Notes under the pieces: model-generated
Database searches by the model: none
The model's input: the letters and a program-made list of their open reading frames with translations, nothing else
What the model was told of the DNA's origin: nothing
Translations under genes and position numbers: made by a program
Assembly (NCBI GenBank): GCA_951406725.2
Contig: OX597815.1
Span: 87,730,001-87,794,000 of the forward strand
DNA from: Octopus vulgaris
Lineage: Eukaryota
Direction: 5' to 3'
DNA length: 64,000 nucleotides
In this document: positions 27,698 through 41,439 of the stretch, one piece after another
Position numbering within the stretch: the stretch's first letter is position 1
Layout of the letters: the number at the start of each line of letters is the position of its first letter

Positions 27698-28802
27698 CTA
27701 GCATTAAAGACCCGTCGTTGCCGGGTTATAGTGCTAGTGCATGTATATATGTGTATATATATGTATACATATTACATGTACATCTATATATATACATCTA
27801 CACATAAAATACAAAGTTATATCTTGATATCGCTAGTGATAACAATACTCAAAATATATAACAGACTGGAATTGTTAGCCCGTCTCTTGTAATTTCGATC
27901 AATTGTATCTTGTCCTCCCTCTTGTATAGAAGTGTGGCTACAATCCAGCCTACCTCTACTTCTGTCTGTGTGTGTGTGGGGAGGGGGGCATTTAAAATTT
28001 TTTTCCGGGACGTCCTACGTCTCAGATATAAAGGTGAAAATAAAATATTTCCACTTTGCAAGTTCGAGTCGAGTACTCCCTTGCACGCTCCGTTGACTCG
28101 AACCTTGCTTCTATTGTGGCGAATTTACCGCCTCTAATTAGATACCTGTCATAGTCGCACCAAGACACTTTTCGAAGGTGCTTTCTTCCATGTGTTCAAA
28201 TCTTCTTTTTCTCTACATTGTATACTTTATAGACAATAGTCTTTTCTTTAATTTAATTTTTTATTATCCATCTGGACTATTCCATTTCTGCACGCTAATT
28301 TTATTTTTAATTTATTCCCATTCATGTGAAACCACTTATTCAAGTTCAAATCATTGATGCAATTTTATACCAATTGCTATTTTTACTTTTGTTATGTTAC
28401 GATTATATTATACTTTAGTTTGATTTTAATTAGTACTTACTACATATAATTCAATTGTTAATATTATTTTTATTGTTAAAGTGAACGTATGTGACATAAA
28501 ATAGAGAAACGTTTTTGTTTCACTTTTAACACGTAATACTGAAATAGTGGAAAAGATATGATATTGCTATGGGCTCGCTCTAGGCAAGAAGTTGAACATT
28601 TTTTTCCCATGAAACTACATGGACCCTAAGTAAGGCATGTGTAAAATTTGAATGGAATTGGTTGTGTAGTTCTCAAGTTTTAGGGAATCGTAGTAGAGAA
28701 GATATGATATTGCTGTGGACTCGCCCTAGGCAAAAAGTTCTCAAGTTTTAGGGAAACACACAGACAGACAGACACACATTCTCAGTTTTATATATATAAA
28801 GA
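27698..28802 (-). mobile_element. Complete non-autonomous Helitron-type element
   Basis: Minus strand A|TCTTTATATATATAAAACTGAGAATGTGTGTCTGTCTGTCTG ... hairpin ACCCGGCAACGACGGGT..TGCTAG|T. Inserted between A and T with no TSD. Confidence 0.8.
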
Positions 28803-28817
28803 TATATATATTTGTGA

Positions 28818-28899
<82 letters not shown>

Positions 28900-28901
<2 letters not shown>

Positions 28902-29327
28902 TCTTTTACTCTTTTACTTGTTTCAGTCATTTGACTGTGGCCATGCTGAAGCACCGCCTTTAGTCGAGCAAATCGACTCCAGGACTTATTCTTTGTAAGC
29001 CTAATACTTATTCTATCGGTAACTTTTGCCGAACCGCTAAGTTACGGGGACGCAAACACACTAGCAGCGGTTATCGAGCAATGTTGGAGGGACAAACACA
29101 GACACACAAACATACACACACACACACACACATACACAAACACATATATATATCACATATATACATATATCTGACGGGCTTCTTTCAGTTTCCGTCTACC
29201 AAATCTACTCACAAGGTTTTGGTCGGCCCAAGGCTATAGTAGAAGACACTTGAGCAGGGTGCCACGCAGTGGGACTGAACCTGGAACCATGTGGTTGGTA
29301 AGCAAGCAACTTACCACACAGCCATTC
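28900..29327 (-). mobile_element. SINE-B
   Basis: Reverse complement of 60500-60935, with internal CA/TA repeat. Confidence 0.9.
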
Positions 29328-29919
29328 GTGTGTGCGTGCGTGTGAGTGTGTGTATTTACCTGGCACCGTCACAAACGCTTCATGTTTTAAGAAATCAAAC
29401 TTTCGTTGTGTTGGTATAAGGAAATTATTTCAACCGGAAATTGACATCACGTCAATGGAAAAGTCTCAGTTTGTACCCATTAGCATCCTATGACATGGAG
29501 GGTAATAATATAATAATATATAGTTTGGTATCATCTATTAAAGATAAATAATTTAAAATAATATCTATTTTGTAAACACCCACCACAACTATTATTGTCT
29601 TCATATAATGTATCTTGGCAAATATCAACAAGGGAGAACTGATTGATTATCATGCATTAATCACAGAAGTTCAAGTCAGCACCAACGAGATCCCGGGCAA
29701 ATTTACAGTGCTGCTGCTACTGCCGTTGATCTTGTTGATGTTTAGAACTAGGTCAGCTTTAACTGAGCAGGCATGTGTTGAAATGCAATTCAGTCTTATA
29801 TCTATGATTACATTAATTAATGATTCTTTCTTTTTTAGACGGTGTGATTTAATTTGAAGAAATTTGGTTGCTGTTTGCAGCTAACAGAGCGTTGCTAAGA
29901 GCACTAAGTGTCACGTTAT

Positions 29920-30153
29920 ATATTTCTTTACTACTCACAAGGGGCTAAACACAGAGGGAACAAACAAGGACAGACAAACGGATTAAGTCGATTATATCGA
30001 CCCCAGTGCGTAACTGGTACTTAATTTATCGACCCCGAAAGGATGAAAGGCAAAGTCGACATCGGCGGAATTTGAACTCAGAACGTAACGGCAGACGAAA
30101 TACGGCTACACATTTCGCCTGGCGTGCTAACGTTTCTGCCAGCTCGGCGCCTT
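29920..30153 (-). mobile_element. SINE-A with 17-bp TSD
   Basis: TSD ACTAAGTRTCACGTTAT at 29903-29919 and 30154-30170. Confidence 0.9.
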
Positions 30154-30689
30154 ACTAAGTATCACGTTATTAGCTAAATGGATCGAGTCGTTTGAGAACA
30201 AAGCGTGTTGGTCACAGACTGTACAGAGCATGTGGCAGGATACGAACTAACGGCTGTAGGCTTGGTTGTCAGATATCGTGTTTACTGCAAAAGAAGACAT
30301 TAAAGAAGGAAAGCTGTTAACTGTTTGCTCCATCTGAGATCTTTCTATTGGCTACTTTAATTAATTATTAATTTTGCTACTAAGGAATACTGGATACATG
30401 TTGCAAGTGCTGAAAAGCAAAACGTGAGTTTCTGGTAGGCAGATACTGCAATGCAATATCAATTTCAGGCTGAAAGCATTTCCGTTCCGCGTACTGTAAG
30501 CATCTCATTTCTCCCTCTCCTTAAAAAGACACTCATGCGTTGGTGCCAGTAAAGACTTACGATTATACTTATACACTTATCCCCATACACGTGTATGCGT
30601 GTGTGCGCGCGTGTATACGATCGCGTGAGGTATTTTCCCTCAGTCACGTTGTTGATATTTATAACCAGTATCACAATATTCTCTCTATC

Positions 30690-30985
30690 TCTCTATATAC
30701 TTATTACTCTAATTCTAGTGAACTGCAGTGAGTATACTTTGCTGATGTGATCTAGCTAGATCGAAACATGTCCTTTGTTTTCACCAGTTGGTCCAAAAGA
30801 CAAAAATCTACTCTTTATCTTCCAAAAATATTTTCTATGGGATATGATTGGAATTAACTCCCTTGCATATTATTTTTAGATTCTAAACACCTCTAAAGGG
30901 AGATTTTGTCGTTTAATTGCAAAGATAATCTCACTTTATTAAACATTTTCAGATCACTATATAACGCATGTGAAACTCTACGGTA
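30690..30985 (+). repeat. Interspersed repeat with hammerhead-like core (copy 1)
   Basis: CTGATGT-GATCTagctAGATC-GAAA-CATG-TC at 30742-30772. Downstream AAACACCTCTAAAGGGAGATTTTG..AATTGCAAAGATAA is shared with 45985-46470. Confidence 0.6.
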
Positions 30986-31036
30986 TGTGTATATTCAGCA
31001 TGAAGGATGAACTCCCGAGGCATTTTCCTCATTGTT

Positions 31037-31083
<47 letters not shown>

Positions 31084-31099
31084 GAGAGAGAGAGGGAGG

Positions 31100-31165
<66 letters not shown>

Positions 31166-31700
31166 GAGTTTGAAGAATTAAAAATATGAGAAACTGACTG
31201 TGAAAAGTAAGAAGCAGATTATAGGGAGTGAGAAGTAAGACAGATGGAGAATGAGGATTAGAAGCGAAGAGTAAGAACAACTCTATGTACAAATACTGAA
31301 CAATATGGCATGTTACATATTCAACCACATTTTCTTTGATAATATAGCGCAGGTTTCATATAAAGATCATATTTACATTTCATAGCGCTACTCAGTGGTA
31401 TTTATATTTTATATAAATAATATATCATAATATAAATATATTATATAGAATACAGTATGCCATATTATATTTCATATGATACTTCTGCATTTTAGAGTGT
31501 TATCCATCACGTTTCATACACGGATAGATTTTTCGATTCACAGTGATATATATCTTCTACTCTCTTTCACAGAATTCAGTTTACTCCAATTGTCACAATA
31601 AGGTATAAGTTACTCTTTATAGTAATATTTGTAACGTTATAATGTAGTACAGATACTTTACATCAAATATTTATATAATTATATAAATATTTATATAAAA

Positions 31701-31918
31701 GGCGGCGAGCTGGCAGAGACGTTAGCACGCTGGGCGAAGTGCTTCGCGGTATTTCGCCCGTCGCTACGTTCTGAGTTCAAATTCCGCCGAGGTCGACTCT
31801 GCCTTTCATCCTTTCGGGGTCGATAAATTAAGTACCAATTACGCACTGGGGACGATGTAATCGACTTAATTCGTTTGTCCCCTCTATGTTTAGCTCCTTG
31901 TAGGTAATAAAGAAGCAT
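31701..31918 (+). mobile_element. SINE-A with 20-bp TSD
   Basis: ATATAAATATTTATATAAAA flanks both sides. Full head GGCGGCGAGCTGGCAG. Confidence 0.9.
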
Positions 31919-32686
31919 ATATAAATATTTATATAAAACTCTCAGTATTATGGTGTGTTTTGATATTTTTATCGGCTTCTGTTTCATTTTGGAGTATTTC
32001 AGTGACCTGGGCTCGATTCCTGGAACAAGTGGTGTGTTATGTTCTTGAGCAATCCATTTCATTTCACGCTGCTCCACTTCATTCAGGTGAAAGTAAGTAC
32101 TATCAGCAGCTGGAGTGGGGAGGTTAACTTTGCAAACGACTAGCGTTCTTTCCCAGCAGAAATCTTTATGGCTAAGAGTAACGGCTGTCCAAGCTTTGTT
32201 TCTATTATAAAAATGGTCGTCATGAAATCCCAAATTGCCCCGTTGGTCTCAACTTGATAAATCTTTTATTTGTTCATCGTGGATTTTATGTTCTTTAGTA
32301 TCACTTTCTTATCTTGTAGTAACTGTTTGTCTCAGATCTTTAATTCTTTGCTTTCTTTATTTGTGAGTATCTTTTACAAACATTACTGCTATTCTTTGCT
32401 TAATTTCTTTTATTCTATGTTTTTGTTTGTTTCTTTTAGATTCATTTTGCAACCCACTTACTGCTCTATGTCTTCCTAATGCTCTGATTCTTAATCTTTC
32501 TTCATTAATAGTTTTCTTTGTCACTCCTCCCTCCCTCCCTCCCTACATTCTCTCTCTCCTCACACACACACATATAAATTTATAAAGCAAGAAGATGGAA
32601 TGAACAGGATTCATTTACAAACGAATAACACGTTATGGGGTCATTAGCTAGATGGTATTAAATGTATGTGTGTGTGTGTGTGTATG

Positions 32687-32774
<88 letters not shown>

Positions 32775-33375
32775 TATATATATATTTCCTCTCCTTTTCC
32801 TCCTCCTCCTCCTGCTCGCTTGTCGTTGATTCTTTTTCACTGAGTGTAACGTTCATTTACTCATTGCCTACCATCAAGCATGACGAGTATATTCACCCTA
32901 CATCTCTTATATTAATTCTTTCTATTTCTCTCCTTTCCTCTCTTTCCCACCTCTCTATATAGTGTAAAGTGCGACTGAAGCAAGCAAGCAACCAGCACCA
33001 ACCGGCCTAATGGTGTGTAAGCGATTGAAAGGAGATAGTGTAGTGAAAACGCGGGGCAGTGTGTTAACTGTATCACGAGACGGGATTACAAGTATACGCA
33101 AACATACAAAATACCGCATACCAGTATTCTGGAACTCTACAGTTTCAGCTGCCAATGACCCATGTTCTTCTGTATAGAGCTCTTAAGTTCTTCGGGAAGT
33201 TGAGAAGCCTAAACATCATGAAATAGTTTGGCTAGCACTCTACCGATTCTGCTGCCTACTTATTTGCTTAAAGGGGGAAAAACTAAGATTGACTAATAAG
33301 TGTTTCTGTGTTTAAGTTGATATATAAAGCAAAGTATCACTTTGTAAACATTAACCTATCAATACGTAGATAGAA

Positions 33376-33592
33376 GGCGGCGAGCTGGCAGAATCGCTAG
33401 CACGCCGGGCAAAATGTTTAGTGGTATTTCATCTGTCTTCGTGTTCTGAGTTCAAATTCAGTCGGGATCGACTTTACTTTCCATCATCATTTCGAGGTCG
33501 ATAAAGTAAGTACCAGCTGAGCAGTGCAGTAGATGTAATCTACTTACCTTCTCCCCCGAAGTTGCTGGCTTTGTGCCAAAATTTGAAATCAG
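33376..33592 (+). mobile_element. SINE-A (tail type iii)
   Basis: Full head; tail TTGTGCCAAAATTTGAAA. Confidence 0.85.
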
Positions 33593-33629
33593 TGTGTGTG
33601 TGTGTGTGCGTGTATACATATACATGTGT

Positions 33630-33970
33630 ATTCTTTTACTTGTTTCAGTCATTAGACTGCGGCCATGGTGGGGCTCCGCCTTGAAGAATTTTCACCGAAT
33701 AAATCGACCCCAGTACTTTTATTTTTTAAGCCTGGTGCTTATTCTATCGGTGCCTTTTGCCGAACGGACAGCTGTCAAGCGGTGGTAAGGGACAAGCACA
33801 CACACATGCGACGGGCTTCTTTCAGTTTCCGTCTACCAAATTCACTCACAAGGCTTTGGTCGTCCTGAGGCTATAGTAGAAGATGCTTGCCCAAGATGCT
33901 ACACAATGGGATTGAACTCGGAATCATGTGGTTGGGAAGCAAGCTTCTTACCGCACAGTCATTCCTGCAC
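33630..33970 (-). mobile_element. SINE-B
   Basis: Reverse-complement match with an internal deletion. Confidence 0.85.
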
Positions 33971-34105
33971 CAATATATATATAAACATACACACACTCAC
34001 ACACACATACACACACACACACATACACACACACACATACACACACACACATACACACACACACAGAGGTTTGTGTACAAGTGTAGTTATGTACGTGCGT
34101 ATGCA

Positions 34106-34160
<55 letters not shown>

Positions 34161-34663
34161 TAAGTAATTTAGAAAATAATCTTTGATTAACTAATATAAA
34201 CTATACTACCATTTTTACTCTCACAATTAGTAATAGAATTTTAGGGAAAAAAAGTTTTACTTACATTTAACTGTATCGGAAAGTGTTATATATGCAAATC
34301 TAACGGTTCCTTTGTTTTTCAAATACTTTAACACGCACACAAAAATAAAAATTAAAGAAGCCGTTACATATATACATGTAACGGTTAAAAAAAAGCATTA
34401 ACACGCACACATAAATAAATGAATGAATGTTGATATGATGAGTCTACTAATGATCACTCGAACGGTTATGATGTGATTCCTTTTTGTGTCGATTTCTCAT
34501 CTTGATGAAATATTCAATACGCTATATTCAAAAAGCATCTTTAATTCATTATTTGTAATTTGAATGAATTGAATGTAGAAACAATTGTAGGTAATTTAAA
34601 ATTAATGTTATGTTAATAAATTGATGTTTATCTATTGATCGCTCCATTTTCTTATGTTTTATA

Positions 34664-34723
<60 letters not shown>

Positions 34724-35086
34724 CACACACGCATTCCTTTGAGACTGATAGTGATGCTCCAGTTGATAGACACAAGGTATGTATTAACAGGACCAAGAAC
34801 AAAATATATGGTTAAAACGGTGTGCAATTTGAGGATCCTGTCTAGTGAACCGTTAAGTAGCTATTCCATTCTAATTTTCTCTGTATTCACGCACAATCCA
34901 TCAAAATACGGCTGTGTGTAAACATCTATACACGTGCAAAGTTCATGTGAAAGACATAATTAACATAATTGCCAGTTTTACCTAGAAGATAGCAGCGAAG
35001 TTATCGCATTCCTACGAGACATGATGTCACTGTAAGAATAACATATAATACCACACGTAAGACTGAATTATTATGAGAAATATGAA

Positions 35087-35292
35087 GGCGGCGAGCTAGC
35101 GGAGCCGTTAGCACGATGGACAAAATGCTTATCGGAATTTCCTTCGTCTTTTCGTTCTGCGTTCAATGTCCGCCGGGTTGGCATTGCCTTTAATTTTTTC
35201 GGAGTCGATAAAATAAGTACCAGTGGAGAATTGGGGTCAATGTCCTCTCTGCCTCGAACTTGTTGGCCTTTTGCCAAAATTTGAAACCATTA
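35087..35292 (+). mobile_element. SINE-A (tail type iii)
   Basis: Head GGCGGCGAGCTAGC; tail GCCAAAATTTGAAACCATT. Confidence 0.8.
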
Positions 35293-35294
35293 TT

Positions 35295-36415
35295 ATCACT
35301 CATCTACTCACAACAGATTAGACTGTTGGAAAATAAAAATTCCTAACATCGGGCTACAACAAGTAGCTTTAGATGCCCCAAATCCTCCTAAGTATCCTAG
35401 CCGTCCCTAATAACACTGTTTTCTGCAGCTGTACTAAACTGGGTTTTCTGTCCATTTCCTCTATCCATCTGTTCAAATCTTTAGGGATAGTTCCTAATGC
35501 ACCTATAACTACTGGGATACATTTTACCTGCACTTTCCATAGCCTCTGTAATTCAATGGTTTCTCATATTGATTTTTTTCATCATTTGGGACTGTAAAGT
35601 CAATTATCTGGCACTTTCTATTCTCTTTGTCTACTACTACTAAATCAGGCCTTCTATCTTCTATTAATCCGCCAGCTTGAATGTTAAAGTTCCACAACAT
35701 CTTATATTTCTTACTTTCTAGTATTTTACTAGGTTCTTGTTCATACCTATTTCTTTATTACCCACAAGGGGCTAAACATAGAGGGGACAAACAAGGACAG
35801 ACATAGGTATTCAGTCGATTACATCGACCCCAGTGCGTAACTGGTACTTAATTTATCGACCCCGAAAGGATGAATGGCAAAGTCAACCTCGGCGGAATTT
35901 GAACTCACAACGTAACGGCAGCCGAAATACAGCTAAGCATTTCGCCCGACGTGCTAACGATTCTGCCAGCTCTCCACCTTTCATACCATTTATCAGTATG
36001 GTCAAATCCTAGCTTTCTACATAACTCCTAGTGGATTAATCTCCTTAGGTTGTCATGTCTTTTCTTGTATTCCTTCTGTGCCAACACGATACATTCACTT
36101 ACTATATGTGTAGCACTTTCTTCTTTTGATTTACACAACCTACATTGGGAATCTATTTGGATTTTGTCTATCTTGGTTTTTATCCAATTCGTCCTTAATG
36201 CTTGATCCTGTGCTGCTACTAACAAGCTTTCTGTCTCCTTTCTCAGCCTTCCTTTCTGCAACCATAACCATGTCACACTACTATTTGCTGCAACGATCTT
36301 TGGGAATCTACTATGCTAAGCCTTCTCCTGACAGTCAGATAAGTTTTGTTCCTTTTTCTGGTTTTTAACTTCGTTTGGGTTTTTGGCTTCCCTATGTCTT
36401 AATAAGCTTTGTTCT
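35295..36415 (-). mobile_element. 5'-truncated R4/Dong-clade non-LTR retrotransposon (zinc knuckle plus restriction-like endonuclease), interrupted by a SINE-A
   Basis: ETESLLVAAQDQAL..CRLCK..EESATHIVSEC..LAQKEYKKRHD; after the SINE, MLWNFNIQ..RRPDLVVVDK...IIDF and IPVVIGALGTIPK...LQKTVLLGTARILRRI. Confidence 0.88.
35748..35979 (-). mobile_element. SINE-A inserted into the R4 remnant, 8-bp TSD
   Basis: TSD TTCATACC at 35740-35747 and 35980-35987. Removing the SINE restores KWYE-QEP. Confidence 0.9.
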
Positions 36416-36489
<74 letters not shown>

Positions 36490-36503
36490 GTTATTAATGT
36501 TAA

Positions 36504-36722
36504 GGCGGCGAGCTGGCAGAACTGTCAGCACACCGGACAAAATGCTTAGCAGTATTTCATCCGTCTTTACGTTCTGTGTTCAAATTATGCAGAGGTCAAC
36601 TTTGCCTTTCATCATTTCGGGAACGATAAAAATAGATACCAGGCGAGCACTGGGATCTATGTAAACGACTTCTCCATCTCCTCAAAAACTACCGGTTCTG
36701 TGCCTAAAATTTGAAACCATTA
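36504..36722 (+). mobile_element. SINE-A (tail type iii)
   Basis: Full head and core. Confidence 0.85.
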
Positions 36723-36949
36723 ATAGAAATATGAAGAATATAGGAAGAAAAAATATCCAATCAAAATGAACTCATGAAGACCAGAAAACATAATAAAGTG
36801 TTGATGCTGGAGATAAAGTGTTCACACTTTTTTATTAACAGACATGCAAAATGCATATAGACAAGCAGACACATACGCACACACGTACACACGTACACAC
36901 GCGCGCACGCACACACACATACACTTTTATTTGTATATGTTTGTGTTTT

Positions 36950-37170
36950 GTTGCTGTCGTGGTAATTTTTAGTCCTAGATCGGCCGTGATTGAGCAAACA
37001 TATAATCAAAAACTTTCTATTCGTGTCGATTCTTTCTTTTATTTTTCAGATATAATATATCCGTTATTACATTAGTAAATGTCTCCTTTGGGGGTGGTTG
37101 GTGAGGGTGTGATTTGAGGGAGATTTAGCTGTTATTTCTAGCAGGTCGAACCATTCTAGAGTGGCCTCTT
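36950..37170 (-). repeat. Family C ~200-bp interspersed repeat (representative copy)
   Basis: Minus strand CGACCTGCTAGAAATAACAGCTAAATCTCCCTCAAATCACACC ... CTAGGACTAAA then an AAC-rich tail. Related copies near 610-770, 5690-5850, 9605-9790, 19685-19750, 20575-20790, 29730-29900, 53945-54080 and 57235-57410. Confidence 0.75.
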
Positions 37171-39027
37171 TACTGGTTTGCATGTATATGTGTGTGTTGT
37201 GTATACACATGTGTGTGTGCGCTTGTGTGTGTGCGCTTGTGTGTATATTTTTAGTGTATGCACACATGCAGAGAGTCAATAGTAAAGAATTGAGTCATGT
37301 ACGAATCATGTATGTCAATGCTAATTTTTTAACGGTGATTGATACTGAGCCTGCAGTTTGTGTACTGCAGATAATTTAGATAAGGCTCAGAGCTCGGTTC
37401 AAGCTCTTAATATAAATGCATTAAATAATCTCGATATTTATTCCAATCTGATTAACTTATTCAGATGCTGAAGAATGCAAACGGCTCATTAAATTGGCCA
37501 AATGACATCTAACTCTCAAGACGTTGAATAACGATTTCTCCCATTTGTACAAAACCGCAGATTGTACAAAGCCGCAGATTGTAGAAAGCTGCAAGGGAGG
37601 GGTATAATTTATCTGTGTGCACATTTGCTACTTACTTCACTGGTCCAAGTGAAGCTAGAGGCGAAATTGACTCGAGCGAGATTTACCTCACAATACAGAA
37701 GAAAAACATTAAATTTGGCGCTTTTCTGTTTCTGACATTCCCCCGGTTTTTATGATACTGAAAATATTTATTGAATTTTAAATACTCTGTGACTAAGAAT
37801 TTCCTTGTAATGTCATTGCCACTGACCACAAGTAATCTTCCTCATTATAGGAGTGACGTGTAATTTATTGCTTTAATCAGATGCATAGTACAAATAGCTT
37901 TTTTTTCCATTGCTTAACTGCTCCATGTTTCATGCTGTACAAATATATGACGACCAAAATTTAATGCTTTGAACCAAAACGATGCTTTTGGCAACTACAC
38001 ACTCTATAATTTAACCTCAAACTCACTAGACAGGAAAGAAATCAGATCTTAACAAATTAATGCAATCCTATTTTTCGCATTTAGTTCCTGTTTCTGAGTC
38101 TCTTAGTGTCAAATCTTCAAAGAAGTACCCATAAAAAATGCTTTATGTCTGTGCATACGTATCTGTATGTGTGCGCATGTGTGTATGTGTGGGCATGTGT
38201 ATAGCTGGATGTGTGTTTGTGAGTATACACCGCTCCCACAAGAGGCCCCGCTTGAATTTTTATCTATTTATAAATGCTAAATATAAAGTGTTAAATGATT
38301 AGATGAGATAGGCGTATAAAAAATGTTGCTCCAAGTCAACGAAATAAAAATTAAGGTCAACAAAAGAGGCAACTACTCTATTAAACCAGAGCAGTCGAAA
38401 AGAAGACTGTAGGAATTCGCAACTGTAGTAAGAAGCAAGTCGCAGACAAGTCATAATTTATTATTTATATATTTATTTATTGTTTGTTAAAATAAGTGCT
38501 TGGTATTAATTCGCACAGCAAGCGAAATATCTCAGTCATTTCTCGCGAGGCTGCTGTTATTTATATAACCACTGCTTTTATGCATCTCAGTTCGTTTTCT
38601 TCACTTGTATGTATAAGCCATAAACTTACACAATGTCACCAGTTGCAACATAATCAATATAAATAGCTAAATGTCGGAGATCAGTTGTAGATAATAGCAT
38701 TTAAATTATTTTTTCGAAAGAGAAACCTTATTTTCGTTACAATTTTAAGAGTATGCATATCTGCGTTAAGTCTCAAGTGATTAATCTAGAAGTCACAGCA
38801 CAAGATTTGTGCTAAGGCAATTTTCAGTTTTTCAAATTTGTTTCTAATCTCGCAAATATCCCAGGTTCTCAAAAGTTCTGATATTAGGATAACACGAGAA
38901 GTGATGGAATAGTTTAATATAGAAAGGTCATGAACCTAATGGATATGACAATTATCACTCACAGTTTAAGTTGCTTGTTCGAATCCAATCTGGTATTATA
39001 TGAACAACCAAGAATAAGACACCTAAC

Positions 39028-39415
39028 AATGGTTTCAAATTTTGGCACAAGGCCAGTAATTCCGGGTGGGGTGGGGAGGTAAATCGATTACATTGAACCA
39101 AACTAGTTCTTATTTTGTCGACCCTGGAAGGCAGAAAGGCGAAGTCAGCCTCGGTGGAATTTGAACTCAGAACGTAAGAGACATACGAAATGGCGCTAAA
39201 CGTTTTGCCCGGCGTGCTAACGATTCTGCCAGCTCGCTGCCTTTTTACATATATTTAGTATTGGTTTCAAATTTTGACACAAGGCCAGCAATTTCAAGGG
39301 AGAGGACTAGTCGATTGCATACTTACTTTATCGACCCCGAAAGGATGAAAGGCAAAGTCGACCTCAGTGGCATTAGGAAAAGCCAGAACCAATGCCGCTA
39401 ACAATTTTGCCGCCT
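39028..39415 (-). mobile_element. Head-to-tail pair of SINE-A
   Basis: Two units, each starting TGGTTTCAAATTTTGRCACAAGGCCAG on +. Confidence 0.85.
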
Positions 39416-39914
39416 AAATATCATTCCTAATATAGATCTTTGTTAGCATTTTCGATCGTGAGTTATTAGCTGTTCAATCAACTAAACTATCGGGTTCATT
39501 GTATTGTGTTGGCGTGTAAATGGCTGGGTTTTCCACAGAGACGTACACTCTTAATGTGATTCTCAGTTGAAATCAGCAAGATACATTGACAAGGTTGGAC
39601 CTCTGAATTACAAGTAAAATCCATCTACAGCTTTCGTCTTGCTCATTTCACTCCCAAGGTATAGCATCACTCGGGGCTATTGAGAACGGCACTTGCCAGA
39701 GATGCCACGCATTGGGGTCGAATCCGGAACCTCATAATTGCGAAGAGAACTCGAAACATTCGGCCATATTGAGATTCCCATTCATAAAATTATAACGTCA
39801 GATATAATTGTACTGAATTACGAAAGTCAGATTTTTAGAAATATGTAGAAAATACATAAAAAAAACCCAGAATACATACACACACACACACATACCAATA
39901 TCTATTGTATCTTT

Positions 39915-40290
39915 TATCTTTTGTTTCAGTCACTAGACTATGTTGGAACACCGCCTTGAATTTTTGCCAAGGAAATCGATCCCAGTACTTATTTTTTTAA
40001 AAGCCTCGTACTTATTCTATCGGTGCTTTTTCTGAACCGCTAAGTTATGGGGACGTAAATATCGGTTGACAAGTGATAGTGGGGGACAAACACAAAGTCA
40101 CACACACACACACACACACACACACGACGAGCTTCTTTCAGTTACCGCCTACTAAATCCACTTACAAGGCTTTGGTCGGCCCCAGGCCATAGAAGAAGAA
40201 ACTTGCCCAAGGTGTCACGCAATGAGATTGAACTCAGAACCATGTGGTAAGGAAGCAGACTTCTTACCACGGAGCCACGCCTTCTCCTAT
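39915..40290 (-). mobile_element. SINE-B
   Basis: Reverse-complement match, internal (CA)n. Confidence 0.85.
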
Positions 40291-41439
40291 ACGTAGAAAA
40301 TATTATATAATGTTGCCTGTTCGACAGCATAATCAAAACAACTGTTATTTTTTTTCCATTATAGGTACTAAAAGAAAGTCACATCAATTTCATTGTAGAT
40401 TTTGAAATACTAAAACACTCGAATTACTGATCAGAACAGTAATGAAATATTTAAAATTTATTTGATTCGAAAGACTTGATTACAAAATTCAATCAAACTA
40501 GAAGTAAAAACTGTAGAAAGCAGTAATTAAAGACCATAAAATGTAAACCCATTAAATAATGACTTAATTTCGTAAATACATCGTTGCTTATGAACCACGC
40601 AATATCCATTACGTCAAGCTACGGTTCTCATAAACTTATTCATTGAATCAGAGATGGGGAAGCCCTGGATCGTGGCAGAAATTTAATGCTGCCTGTCGTT
40701 CATGTTTCATAAAATCCATACGAGGAAAAAAAAAAGAAGCAAAAACGAAAGACAGTTAAGCGTAAAGACCCCAAAAGTACTTTAATATTTGTAAAACAAA
40801 TATAAATAAGGAAAATTACTTAAATGAGTCAAGGACATAATTTTAAGTAAATAATTTAAATGATTATATACTGAATGCTGGAGCAAAAAATTCTTAATTA
40901 AATTGTTCTTCTTAGTTGTAGAAGCCTCTCCCCAACCAATAAAAAGTGATGGGAAGATAATTTCCTGAAATTGATAATTACTCTCTCAAAATTAACTTAC
41001 ATGCAAGTGAAGGAAAACTACGGGCATGTTTTGGTCTGTTAAACCTTATCATTATAGCATAGGCTTCTGAAGTCTGTTTAATTAGTCGACAAAGAGTTTC
41101 GCATATAAGAATAATTTGGGCCTGTGTGATTTACGTATTTAAAACAAAAATTAAGCCAAGGGAAATATTTCAAATGAGATAAGGTCATGAAATGTGGTGG
41201 ATTAAAAAAATGATATAATTTAATATTAAATATAAGTCATTTAAATTGAGTACGTATGAATTTGCAATAATAAAAATTTATTATTTTCTTCTCAGCATAA
41301 ATGAGGCAGCCTAGACTGCAATTTGCCAGTGGTACTATAAAGGTTCCTACTCTGTATAACAAAAGCGACAATAGTATTACGTTTATCAATTCGTTTTGCA
41401 AGATTCCTGAAGTGAAATCGTGTGTTGAAACAGATATTG

